Origin: Candidatus Korarchaeum cryptofilum OPF8
Lineage (GTDB): Archaea; Korarchaeota; Korarchaeia; Korarchaeales; Korarchaeaceae
DNA: 32,000 bases
Reading direction: 5' to 3'
NCBI RefSeq assembly: GCF_000019605.1
Contig: NC_010482.1
Coordinates: forward strand, 60,001-92,000
Positions 23,772-32,000 of this stretch are shown here, piece after piece. Below the pieces are notes generated by a model, which had not been told where the DNA came from, ran no database searches, and was given only the letters and a program-made list of their open reading frames with translations. The stretch's first letter is position 1. Each line of letters starts with the position of its first letter. The translations under genes and the position numbers were made by a program.

Positions 23772-25109
23772 TTAGCTTTTACCTAAGAGCTTAACGAAGG
23801 CTTCTGTCCAAGTTACGCTGTTCTTTTCATACGAGTAGCTACCAGCTAACTCCCACTCATAGCCCTTATCCGACGGGACGACCATCCAGAACATGTAGTC
23901 TGAGAAAGCCCTATCCCCGTTCTCATTCAACTGGAATACACCGGTCGCTCCGTACCACTTCTGGACTATGAAGGGTATGACCTTAGCCACAGCCACAGGG
24001 TCGTAGCTATCGACGAATTCGAGGGCTACAGCGACTATCCAGACCGCATCATATGATACGTAAGCATAGCTCTCAGGGAGCCTTCCAAGCTGTCTCTTCA
24101 CCTCGGATGAGATCTTCTCCTGAAGCGGGGAGGGAGTACCGAACATCGGGCTTATGAATCTAGTCTCATAGGCGAATTTGGCCGCATTCTCATTAGTCTG
24201 AATGTCCCCTAAGAGGGCCGTTCCATCCGAGCCGATCCACTTAACTCTCCTCAATATATCGTACTGCGATGCTGCGGCTGCGAACTGGATGTACTCACCG
24301 TAACCGGCGTAATAAACCCCGACTTTATCGACCCCATACTTATTCACAAGTTCCTGCACGGCATTCGCTAATTGGGAAGCTATTGCACTGAATTCCTTTG
24401 AATCAGGATCATATCTGATGCCCTTTCCGTTGCTTTTGCCCCAAACCTCACCTTTTTCTCCACTCTGTTCGATCAGCTTAAGGAACGCCTTCTCATATGA
24501 TTCAACGAGCCCATCGCCCCAGGTATCCCCTCTCCAGACGATTACAACGTTCCTTATTCCTAGCTCATAGGTAGCCTTAGCGGATGCCATTCCCTGGAAC
24601 TCGTCGGGAGGGCAGAACCTGTAGATCATATCGTTAGGGATCGCAAGCGCTGGAGAGGTTGAGCTCTGGGATATCACGAGCAGCTTATTAGCGTCCGCAT
24701 ACCCCTTGACTTCCTTCACCTCGGAGCTCGCCATAGGTCCTATGAATATCTTCACTCCCTTCGAGTGCAATGCCTGCAGCTTATCCAACGCTTGCTTCGG
24801 ATCTACTGCAGTATCCTCGATCAGGATCTTTATTCTCCATTTACTGCCGATCTGTGTTAGCCAATCATTTACATCCTTCTCAGCGAGTCTCAAAGCGATC
24901 ATATCATTCTCAGCGAATGAGCCCAGGGGTCCTGTGAGTGGGAGGAGGGCCCCTATGTAAACATCCCCGCTCAGTCCCGCGGACTCGGGTGCTGATGTCA
25001 CTGTACGAGTGACGGTTGATGTAGCCCCGCTACTCGCTCCTACCGCATAGCCTATGACAGCTCCAATGAGCAGAGCTACCAATATCAAAAAGTAAGATGC
25101 TCTGTTCAT
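23772..25109 (-). CDS. livK: LIV-type (type I periplasmic-binding fold) amino-acid substrate-binding protein, membrane-anchored
   Basis: N-terminal TM anchor (YFLILVALLIGAVIGYAV) plus a Ser/Thr linker, then IGALLPLTGPLGSF... typical of Leu/Ile/Val-binding proteins. ATG 25109 is preceded by GGGGGAGTGA. Confidence 0.85.
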   Translation of the reverse strand: MNRASYFLILVALLIGAVIGYAVGASSGATSTVTRTVTSAPESAGLSGDVYIGALLPLTGPLGSFAENDMIALRLAEKDVNDWLTQIGSKWRIKILIEDTAVDPKQALDKLQALHSKGVKIFIGPMASSEVKEVKGYADANKLLVISQSSTSPALAIPNDMIYRFCPPDEFQGMASAKATYELGIRNVVIVWRGDTWGDGLVESYEKAFLKLIEQSGEKGEVWGKSNGKGIRYDPDSKEFSAIASQLANAVQELVNKYGVDKVGVYYAGYGEYIQFAAAASQYDILRRVKWIGSDGTALLGDIQTNENAAKFAYETRFISPMFGTPSPLQEKISSEVKRQLGRLPESYAYVSYDAVWIVAVALEFVDSYDPVAVAKVIPFIVQKWYGATGVFQLNENGDRAFSDYMFWMVVPSDKGYEWELAGSYSYEKNSVTWTEAFVKLLGKS

Positions 25110-25379
25110 GTCACTCCCCCGTGTGAGCTGATTGCAGAGATTGAAGCTGGCTTTTAACTGTTGTGTGTGGGTTAAACTCCACCGCATATTTCTCCTCATT
25201 CATCGATTTTATAGGAATTTTTTAAATAGAATTCGATGATATTGGCAGAAAATACACAGATCTTGCCATTTTATATTAATAGAAATCCGGGCGCAGCAGA
25301 TCAGTTTAGAATGAGCTCAAAGCTTAAATCCTCAACATGCCCCTCCTCCCAAAATCCTCTTAAGCTGGGGGTCGTCGCG

Positions 25380-26312
25380 ATGTTAGATATAGTGCTGACG
25401 GCTATCAGCTATTCGAGTGCTATAGCCTTAGCTGCAGCCGGGATAACCCTGATCTATATGACAACTGGTACATTTAGCTTCGCTCATGCCTCTCTAACTG
25501 CGTGGGGTTTCTACATAGTCTTCTCATTCAGTAAGCTTTTCTTCAGAGAAATCGGCAATCCTTACATATTCTTTCCAATATCAGCTATAGTATCGGGATC
25601 ACTCAGTGTTATGATCTACCTCGCTGTAAACAGATGGTTGCTGAGAAGGAGGGCGGATATGATAACATTAATGATGTCGACACTCGGAATAGATCTCATA
25701 TATTTCGCCTTTCTGAATGTTTTCGCTGATTATCTTACTCAAGAATACAAAATAAATGCGAGACTCGTGGTTCTGACGACGGATGACATCACGATAGCCC
25801 AAGTGGGGGGTTTCACGGTTAGGGCCATCCCCCTAATCTCCATGGCTCTCATGATACTCACTCTACTATCCCTCCACTATCTGCTGAATCGAACTAGATT
25901 TGGAATAGCGATCAGAGTTACAATAGAGAGCCCTTCGCTAGCAGAGATAATCGGCATAAATCCGGAGCGCGTCTATTTGGCATCCTGGTTCATCGGTGGG
26001 GCTCTCGCTGGACTAGCTGGAGCGATCCTCTCAATGGTGGTGACGGGGACACCGGCTATAGGTAACTTGTTGATAGTTCCTGAGTTCGCGGGATCCGTAG
26101 TTGGGGGTCTTTACTCCCTTTTCGGTAGCTTCGCTGGGGGTTACCTCATCGGATTAAGTGAGTACATCATAATAACTCTCCTAGCCACTTTCGTCTCGAG
26201 GAACCTCATCGTATATCAGCCCCTCATCCCTCTCTTGGTGATGACGGTATTCCTACTAGTGTACCCCAATGGTATAGGTGCCTTCAACTGGAGGAAGATC
26301 CTGAGGAGGTGA
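25380..26312 (+). CDS. livH: branched-chain amino-acid ABC transporter permease (LivH type)
   Basis: Polytopic. N-terminus MLDIVLTAISYSSAIALAAAGITLIY matches the usual LivH start. GGGGGT SD. In-frame alternatives are at 25311 and 25236. Confidence 0.85.
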   Translation: MLDIVLTAISYSSAIALAAAGITLIYMTTGTFSFAHASLTAWGFYIVFSFSKLFFREIGNPYIFFPISAIVSGSLSVMIYLAVNRWLLRRRADMITLMMSTLGIDLIYFAFLNVFADYLTQEYKINARLVVLTTDDITIAQVGGFTVRAIPLISMALMILTLLSLHYLLNRTRFGIAIRVTIESPSLAEIIGINPERVYLASWFIGGALAGLAGAILSMVVTGTPAIGNLLIVPEFAGSVVGGLYSLFGSFAGGYLIGLSEYIIITLLATFVSRNLIVYQPLIPLLVMTVFLLVYPNGIGAFNWRKILRR

Positions 26313-27409
26313 TCAGCTTGGAGAGTTTAATAGATTTACTCACGAATCCTCTCCTCCTGAACATACTCGTTAACTTCGGAATTTTCCTCATAGTCACCCT
26401 AAGCCTCAACTTGGAAGCGGGTATAGCTGGAATACCCCAATTCGGGAGGGTTTTGGCTGTCCTAGTCGGTGCAATAGGGGCCGGTTCCATAGCGGGCAGG
26501 CTAATCGCTGCTTACTACGGCCTCCCCTCGGGTGATGAGTATGTCACTGGATCTACTAACATAAGGATAGTTGAGGAACTCAATCAGAGGCTGAGCTCGA
26601 ATCCGGTCGATTCCATACTCATGCTGATCCTCTCGCTCATGATAGCAGCATTTATGGGTGGGGCGATAGGTTATTTGGCATCTTATCCAGCGATAAGGCT
26701 TCGAGAGGCCTACTTGGGGATAACCCTACTCACGTTCGGTGAGGCGGTTCAGACGATCGCTAAGTATTACGATCCAATATCGGGAGGAACTGAGGGTATA
26801 ATGGTCCCGGATGTCTTCAGATTCGTTGGAACGGGTCAGGCGAGGTTCCTCTTCAGCACAGCTGTTATACTATTGATAGCTATCATAATATACCTCTATC
26901 TTCAGCTACTCATAAGATCCCCATTCGGGAGATCTTTGAAGGCTATGAGGGATATGGAACTAGCTGCTAAAGTCTATGGGAAGGATATAGTTAAGCTTAG
27001 AACGCAAGCCTTGATCATAGGCGGCTCAATCGCTGCAATAGGGGGTGCTCTTTGGACTCTCTATACGATGAGCCTCAAGGCCTATACATACAACAGAGTA
27101 ACCTGGTCCTTCTGGCCTTGGGCCTTCATGATGCTGGGTGGCGCTGGAAATAACATGGGAATACTAATCGGCACGTTCATATTCTCAACTCTGAGGAGCC
27201 TTATATTCGCCTATAAGACAGCTCTAGAGACAATTATACCAATAAATCCGAACTGGTTAGAGTATATTCTCATAGGACTTATAATAGTGCTTATCGCGAT
27301 GTTCAGACCTCAGGGCATGCTACCCGAGAGGTCGGAGCTTCCCATGCGCAGGGAGAGGATCGAGGAGCTTAGACTCAAAATAATCGAGAATTTAAGGGAA
27401 GAAAAATAA
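26309..27409 (+). CDS. livM: branched-chain amino-acid ABC transporter permease (LivM type)
   Basis: Polytopic. LNLEAGIAGIPQFG, GRSLKAMRDMELAA. GTG start overlaps the livH stop (GTGA) after AGGAGG. Confidence 0.85.
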   Translation: MISLESLIDLLTNPLLLNILVNFGIFLIVTLSLNLEAGIAGIPQFGRVLAVLVGAIGAGSIAGRLIAAYYGLPSGDEYVTGSTNIRIVEELNQRLSSNPVDSILMLILSLMIAAFMGGAIGYLASYPAIRLREAYLGITLLTFGEAVQTIAKYYDPISGGTEGIMVPDVFRFVGTGQARFLFSTAVILLIAIIIYLYLQLLIRSPFGRSLKAMRDMELAAKVYGKDIVKLRTQALIIGGSIAAIGGALWTLYTMSLKAYTYNRVTWSFWPWAFMMLGGAGNNMGILIGTFIFSTLRSLIFAYKTALETIIPINPNWLEYILIGLIIVLIAMFRPQGMLPERSELPMRRERIEELRLKIIENLREEK

Positions 27410-27422
27410 AAAATTATTTTTT
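27402..27422. terminator. bidirectional oligo-T terminator between convergent livM and gdhA
   Basis: aaaaataaaaaattatttttt. This gives a T6 run 8 nt after the livM stop on plus, and T6 then T5 runs 8 nt after the gdhA stop on minus. Archaeal termination typically uses oligo-T. Confidence 0.45.
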
Positions 27423-28689
27423 AGGGCCAGATCCCCCTCAACTCGATAGCCTTGGCTACCCTCTTAACTGCTAAGCAGAGGGCCGCTGTCCTCATATCTA
27501 CCTTGAGTTCCTTATGCATCTCATATACATCTCTGAACGCCTTCGTCATCTTAGCCCTGAGCTTCATCCTCACGGTATCTATGTCCCAGAACTCCCTCGT
27601 CCTAGCTTGTACCCACTCGAAGTAGCTCACAGTGACCCCTCCTGCGTTAGCGAGTATATCGGGAGCCACCACCACGCCCCTCTCGTAGAGTATGCTATCT
27701 GCTTCAGGCGTGGTCGGTCCATTAGCGGCCTCAACTACGAGCTTTGCCTTGATTTTATCAGCATTCTTATCAGTTATGACGTTCTCCACAGCAGCAGGTA
27801 TGAGCACATCGACATCAAGCTCCAGCAACTTCTCATTTGCCCTCTGAGGATCATTATCTAGGGAAGTGGCCCCTGGGAACCCGACTACAGAACCAGTCTT
27901 CTCCTTGTGCTCCAAGACCTTATCGGGGTCCAGTCCATCTGGGTTGTATATCGCTCCCTTCGAATCGCTTACAGCCACAACTTTCATGCCGAGCTCCTTC
28001 ATGAATTTAGCGGAGAAGTAACCAGCATTACCATAACCCTGAACTGCTACCTTAGCCTTCTTCGGGTCCATATTCAGGACTTTCAGTGCCTCCTCCGTGA
28101 CGTATTGAAGCCCTCTAGCTGTCGCCTCATTCCTCCCCTCGCTCCCTCCTATCTCGAGGGGCTTGCCCGTTATAACTCCCGGCTCGAAGTAACCCTTTAT
28201 CGCACTGTATGTGTCTGTTATCCAGGCCATCGTCTGGGGGTTCGTGTAGACGTCTGGAGCCGGTATATCTATATCGACGCCTATTATTGGAGCAATAGCA
28301 TAAGCATATCTCCTCGTCAGCCTCTCCAGCTCGCCCGGGCTCAGGGCCTTCGGATCGACTCTAACTCCACCCTTCCCACCGCCGAACGGGACATCGACTA
28401 CGGCAGTCTTCCAAGTCATCCACATAGCTAAAGCCTTAACTTCATCCACGTTCGTGTTCGGATGGTACCTTATCCCGCCCTTGAACGGTCCTCTAGCGTC
28501 GTTGTGCTGGACCCTCCATCCCATGAAGACCTTTATAGAGCCATCATCCATCTTCACTGGGAGCTGGACCTCCAGCACCCTTTTCGGCGTTGCAAGGATT
28601 TGATGTATTCCGGGATCCAGTTTTAAAACTTTTGCAGCCTTATCCAGCTGCTTCAGGGCATTCTCCCATGGATTCAACTCCTCGGCCAT
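27421..28689 (-). CDS. gdhA: glutamate dehydrogenase (hexameric Glu/Leu/Phe/Val dehydrogenase family)
   Basis: FKGGIRYHP, PFGGGKGGV (catalytic Lys motif), Rossmann VAVQGYGNAG. ATG 28689 has GGAGGTG 8 nt upstream; the track's GTG 28698 lies inside that SD. Confidence 0.95.
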   Translation of the reverse strand: MAEELNPWENALKQLDKAAKVLKLDPGIHQILATPKRVLEVQLPVKMDDGSIKVFMGWRVQHNDARGPFKGGIRYHPNTNVDEVKALAMWMTWKTAVVDVPFGGGKGGVRVDPKALSPGELERLTRRYAYAIAPIIGVDIDIPAPDVYTNPQTMAWITDTYSAIKGYFEPGVITGKPLEIGGSEGRNEATARGLQYVTEEALKVLNMDPKKAKVAVQGYGNAGYFSAKFMKELGMKVVAVSDSKGAIYNPDGLDPDKVLEHKEKTGSVVGFPGATSLDNDPQRANEKLLELDVDVLIPAAVENVITDKNADKIKAKLVVEAANGPTTPEADSILYERGVVVAPDILANAGGVTVSYFEWVQARTREFWDIDTVRMKLRAKMTKAFRDVYEMHKELKVDMRTAALCLAVKRVAKAIELRGIWP

Positions 28690-28807
28690 AACGGACACCT
28701 CCGGTCCGGGACATCGGGAACCCTTTTCTTAAAAATTTTTCCCTAGCATGGAGGGACTCCCAGAATTAATGTTAAAAAAATTTCAAGCCATCTTCCGCAT
28801 ATCCCCG

Positions 28808-28815
28808 TATAAATA
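28808..28815 (+). promoter_or_regulatory. TATA box for the pgsC-pgsB-like operon
   Basis: tataaata. Centre is about 33 nt upstream of ATG 28845, which implies a very short leader. Confidence 0.45.
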
Positions 28816-28844
28816 GATAAAAGGATGCGCGGGAAGGTCTGAGC

Positions 28845-29273
28845 ATGCTCTTGGAGTATGCGATATCATCCTCTACGATCCTCCTATCCTATGCTCTATT
28901 CACGCGGTATAATATCAGAAACGTAGTCCCTTATCCAGTAATAGGAGCTATTTATGCGGTAGATAGACCTGCCTTCTTCGTCATGTTCTTGATCTGCTTC
29001 TTGATATCCCTGATATTCGGGGAATTCCTATTCAAAAGATTCCTCATATACGGGATGAGGATCTTCCACGCGCAACTCCTCATAGCAACCACCTTAATGC
29101 TCCCCTACTCCTTAGCTTCCTCGGATCCCCTATCCCTCGTATTGGCGATGCTATCTGGCCAGATGGCATACGATACTCACTCGAGCAGGGATCAGGTCAA
29201 GACGGCCTCCCTATTCTTAGCGATATTTTTACTTTCTTATGCGATTTACTGGATCTCCAGGTGGTTATCTTGA
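28845..29273 (+). CDS. pgsC: PgsC/CapC-like small polytopic membrane protein (poly-gamma-glutamate synthase component-like)
   Basis: 142 aa, about 4 TM helices. VVPYPVIGAIYAV...FLFKRFLIYGMRIFHAQLLIATTLML parallels Bacillus PgsC IVPAGLVVPGYLAL...GVSRFMILYGRRKFAAMLITGICL (recalled from memory). Overlaps the following PgsB-like gene by 13 nt. Confidence 0.55.
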   Translation: MLLEYAISSSTILLSYALFTRYNIRNVVPYPVIGAIYAVDRPAFFVMFLICFLISLIFGEFLFKRFLIYGMRIFHAQLLIATTLMLPYSLASSDPLSLVLAMLSGQMAYDTHSSRDQVKTASLFLAIFLLSYAIYWISRWLS

Positions 29274-30259
29274 GGATCTCCATCTCGGGGATACGAGGGA
29301 AGACGACCACAGTGAGGATGCTCCACCGAGCGCTAGTGAGGAGGGGGCTGAGGGTGGTATCTAAGACGACGGGAGAAGAAGCTCTACTATGGGTGGGAGA
29401 AGAGGTATTGAGGATTAATAGACCCAAATCCGTTCTTGATGAGAACTTTGAGGTGATAAAAATCCCTCATGATGTTGCGATAATAGAGAATCAAGCGATA
29501 ACTCCTTATACGATGAGGGTCTTCCACCATATAGTCAAGCCGGAAGTCATCGCTGTAACTAACGTAAGGCTCGATCATACGGAGTTCCTGGGAGAGAGTA
29601 AGATCGAGATAGCCAAATCCATTGCCTCTTCGTTCAATGAATTCACGGAGTTCGTCATCAATGGGGAGGAAAGGAGCGATATAGAGGGGATAATAAGAGA
29701 GAGAGCTGAGAGAATTGGAGCTAATTACATAAAGGCGAGGAATTATGGTATCCCATGTTCAGAATCCATAGGCATAGTTGAAGAGGTCCTCAGACTGATG
29801 GAAGATTCTTTGAGCGAGGAGGAGAGGGGTGAGCTGATTGCAGAGATAGAGAGGGGGCTCAGCTTGAGGAAGAGGGGGGAGCTCCTTTGGTACAATGGTT
29901 CGAAGGTGAATGATCCCGAGAGCGCCGAGATACTGATAAACTACCTGAGGAAGTATGGGAAGGGGTTTGTGATATCCGCGAACTTCAGGAGGGATAGGAG
30001 GGATAGGACGTCCTTATTCGCCAGATTCCTCAAGGATCTCTCCAAGAGGGATTTCATAGTTAAGATATTCGTCAGTGGATTCGGGGCAAAATCAGTGGCT
30101 AGATATGTGGGTGAGAATTGCATCTACGTTGATGAGTGCCCAGATTCTGCTCAGAAAATAATAGAATTCTCGGAGGGAGAGGGGGCCATTCTCATGCTCC
30201 TAGCTAACAGAAAAACGAAATTAGTCGATATAATGTTGGAAAAGCTCAGTGAGAAATAG
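29261..30259 (+). CDS. pgsB: PgsB/CapB-like Mur-ligase-family amide ligase (poly-gamma-glutamate synthase-like), lacking an N-terminal membrane anchor
   Basis: ISISGIRGKTTTVRML P-loop, IENQAITPY, VTNVRLDH, WYNGSKVNDPES and NFRRDRRDRTSLFARFL. Compare Bacillus PgsB INGIRGKSTVTRL, NVLEDH, VNGFAANDASS and NCRADRVDRTQQFANDVL. GTG start. Confidence 0.8.
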   Translation: MVILRISISGIRGKTTTVRMLHRALVRRGLRVVSKTTGEEALLWVGEEVLRINRPKSVLDENFEVIKIPHDVAIIENQAITPYTMRVFHHIVKPEVIAVTNVRLDHTEFLGESKIEIAKSIASSFNEFTEFVINGEERSDIEGIIRERAERIGANYIKARNYGIPCSESIGIVEEVLRLMEDSLSEEERGELIAEIERGLSLRKRGELLWYNGSKVNDPESAEILINYLRKYGKGFVISANFRRDRRDRTSLFARFLKDLSKRDFIVKIFVSGFGAKSVARYVGENCIYVDECPDSAQKIIEFSEGEGAILMLLANRKTKLVDIMLEKLSEK

Positions 30260-31679
30260 AGATTGCTCTTAACTCATCCCATAGCTTCTCGTTGAACTCG
30301 CAACTTGGGTCAGGCCCGAGAGGATCGTTATAGTAAGCCAATGCCCTGGCCCTGCATCCTCCGCATATGTACCTGTAGCCGCATGTTGAGCACGCGTATC
30401 CAGAATAATCCCTATCCCTGAGCTTATTCAGGAGCTCATTCTCCTGCCAGACCTTGAGGAAGCCATCCCTCAGCACGTTCCCCACTACTATGGGCATGAA
30501 GACGCACGGTTGAATATCTCCATTATGCTCTACTGAGCAATATATCCTTCCAGCCCCGCAGCCACCGAGGAACTCGGCTAGAGCGAATCCCATCGACATG
30601 TACTCCTCTGGAATTGCCAGCTCGGCGAAGTGAGTCGGGGTGAGCTTCCCTCCCTTATCGACATGCTTCAGGGAGACTATCGCATATATCGGACTGGTTG
30701 AGAAGGCCTGGAAGCCGTTTGAGAGCTCGGAGTAAAGGAGCTCTAGGACTTCCATCCTCTCCTTCGGGCTCAAATCGTACTCAACTATGTCCTTCCCCCT
30801 CCCAGTCGGTATGAAGTTGAAGGCTATGAACCTATCAACCCCCAGTTCCTTCGCTAGCTTTATCATATCCGCCACCTCCCTATAGTTCTTCTTAGTTATC
30901 GTCATAGCGATTCCCACATCCATTCCAGCACTCTTAGCGTTCTTTATCCCCTCCACCGATCTCTCCCATGCCCCTCTTATCCCCCTGAAGCTGTCGTGAG
31001 ATTCAGGGTTCGGCGAATCCAAGCTCACCTCAACGTACCTAACTCCGATCTCCTTCAGCCTCCTAGCTACCTCCGGCTTTATCAGAGTACCGTTCGTCGC
31101 TATGCTAATGTACATCCCCGCTTGAGCAGCTCTCCTAGCTACCTCCCAGAAATCAGGGACGATTAATGGCTCCCCTCCCGAGAAGGAAATAGCAGCAACT
31201 CCAGCTTCATCAAGTTGACTCAGGACGGAGAGCCTCTCCTCGAGATTCAGCTCATCAGGTGGCGGTAGGTATGAAGCGTTCGCATAACAGTGAAGGCAGG
31301 AGAGGTTGCACCTCTTCGTGAAGTCCCAGACGACCATGAAAGGCGAGTATAATCTCTGAGGCCTCGTTATACCGTAATAAGCGATGCCAAGTAATATATT
31401 AGCTATCCCCCTCCTCATGTAAGGATCCTTGAGCCTCTCCTTCAGGACGGATTCATCGAATCCGAATTTATCGGCTGACTTAGAAAGTATGTAGCTTATC
31501 ATCTCGGAGAGGACCCTCTCCTTCGCGGACGATGGGTCCTCCAATCCGGCATAAATTGAGAGTATCTTCACTATATCAAGGGGCTTTCCTATCATTTTTA
31601 TAAATCTTCTGGTGAGACCATTTCCAAGAATTCTCCTTATATCTAGGATCAGCTCATTAACGTTGATATCGTTGGCCAT
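30246..31679 (-). CDS. radical SAM / SPASM-domain protein with about 110-aa N-terminal helical extension (AhbD/NirJ/PqqE-like maturase class; substrate unknown)
   Basis: FTKRCNLSCLHCY (CxxxCxxC), SFSGGEPL, and the C-terminal SPASM cysteines GGCGAGRIYCSVEHNGDIQPC and CSTCGYRYICGGCRARA. Confidence 0.85.
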   Translation of the reverse strand: MANDINVNELILDIRRILGNGLTRRFIKMIGKPLDIVKILSIYAGLEDPSSAKERVLSEMISYILSKSADKFGFDESVLKERLKDPYMRRGIANILLGIAYYGITRPQRLYSPFMVVWDFTKRCNLSCLHCYANASYLPPPDELNLEERLSVLSQLDEAGVAAISFSGGEPLIVPDFWEVARRAAQAGMYISIATNGTLIKPEVARRLKEIGVRYVEVSLDSPNPESHDSFRGIRGAWERSVEGIKNAKSAGMDVGIAMTITKKNYREVADMIKLAKELGVDRFIAFNFIPTGRGKDIVEYDLSPKERMEVLELLYSELSNGFQAFSTSPIYAIVSLKHVDKGGKLTPTHFAELAIPEEYMSMGFALAEFLGGCGAGRIYCSVEHNGDIQPCVFMPIVVGNVLRDGFLKVWQENELLNKLRDRDYSGYACSTCGYRYICGGCRARALAYYNDPLGPDPSCEFNEKLWDELRAISISH

Positions 31680-31901
31680 ACCCCTTCATCTCCCACTGAT
31701 ACGCAAGTTCATGATTTTTAATGTTTATCATTTAGGCTCCAGCTAGTTAGCTCATGAATTTAATTTATCTAACATATTGAAATATTAAAAATTAATCAAA
31801 TAATCCCCACTATTGTGATAAGAATTAGAGTTCATGTGGGTCTCAGATCATGATTTCCAACTTTTGTAATGCTGAACGCTCGAGGCATATGTTTAAATAG
31901 C

Positions 31902-31909
31902 GGAACTTG
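31902..31909 (+). promoter_or_regulatory. TATA box for the ssb-like gene
   Basis: tttaaata. Centre is about 35 nt upstream of ATG 31941. Confidence 0.45.
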
Positions 31910-31940
31910 GGAGTGAGGCAACGCCTTCGAGGCGAGTAGT

Positions 31941-32000
31941 ATGTCGACGAGTCGGAAGGTATTGGATCTGAGACCCGGAGAAAATAGTGTGAACGTGAAG
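31941..32000 (+). CDS. ssb: single-OB-fold ssDNA-binding protein (crenarchaeal SSB-like), first 20 codons only
   Basis: MSTSRKVLDLRPGENSVNVK resembles the N-terminus of Sulfolobus-type SSB (..VGNLKPNMESVNVTVRV). TTTAAATA lies about 35 nt upstream. Too short for certainty. Confidence 0.5.
   Translation, partial: MSTSRKVLDLRPGENSVNVK

Noticed and set aside
31657-31731. 24-codon minus-strand ORF (MINIKNHELAYQWEMKGYGQRYQR) overlapping the start of the radical SAM/SPASM gene as a possible RiPP precursor
   Set aside because: It has no SD or TATA geometry and no Cys/Gly-rich core typical of SPASM substrates. It overlaps the enzyme start in another frame. An ORF this size is expected by chance.

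Overview
Compact archaeal chromosome segment (coding density about 90%, both strands). Archaeal hallmarks: sn-glycerol-1-phosphate dehydrogenase, ABCE1, RibL-type FAD synthase, a crenarchaeal-type MetRS and SSB, TATA boxes about 26-30 nt upstream of starts, and a very GC-rich tRNA stem set that suggests a thermophile. I cannot name the species from sequence alone. Housekeeping genes: metG, ribL, egsA, ABCE1, thpR, tRNA-Asp(GUC), a PUA protein and an Endo-IV-like protein. Amino-acid/peptide catabolism genes: iorAB plus an ACD-alpha-like paralog, a class-III aminotransferase, a divergently split LIV-type ABC importer and gdhA. Many genes use GTG/TTG starts preceded by a GGAGGTGA/GGTGAT Shine-Dalgarno (SD) that often overlaps the upstream stop codon. 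Five convergent gene pairs overlap at their 3' ends. Most interesting observations: (1) an abruptly GC-rich, about 160-nt element (16046-16206) that hand-folds into nested perfect helices upstream of a PflX-like radical-SAM gene and that I cannot assign to a known RNA family; (2) a two-gene PgsC/PgsB-like (poly-gamma-glutamate synthase-like) module divergent from gdhA; (3) an orphan, His-poor cas6-like gene that shares a bidirectional promoter with a UPF0200 P-loop kinase, with no CRISPR array or other cas genes, followed by a long hairpin-rich spacer and an unrecognisable 345-aa protein with an SD-led 21-codon upstream ORF; (4) egsA, whose conserved N-terminus has no canonical start codon in frame; (5) an ACD-alpha paralog lacking the phosphohistidine loop. 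All functional calls come from motif recognition by eye. No database search was run.
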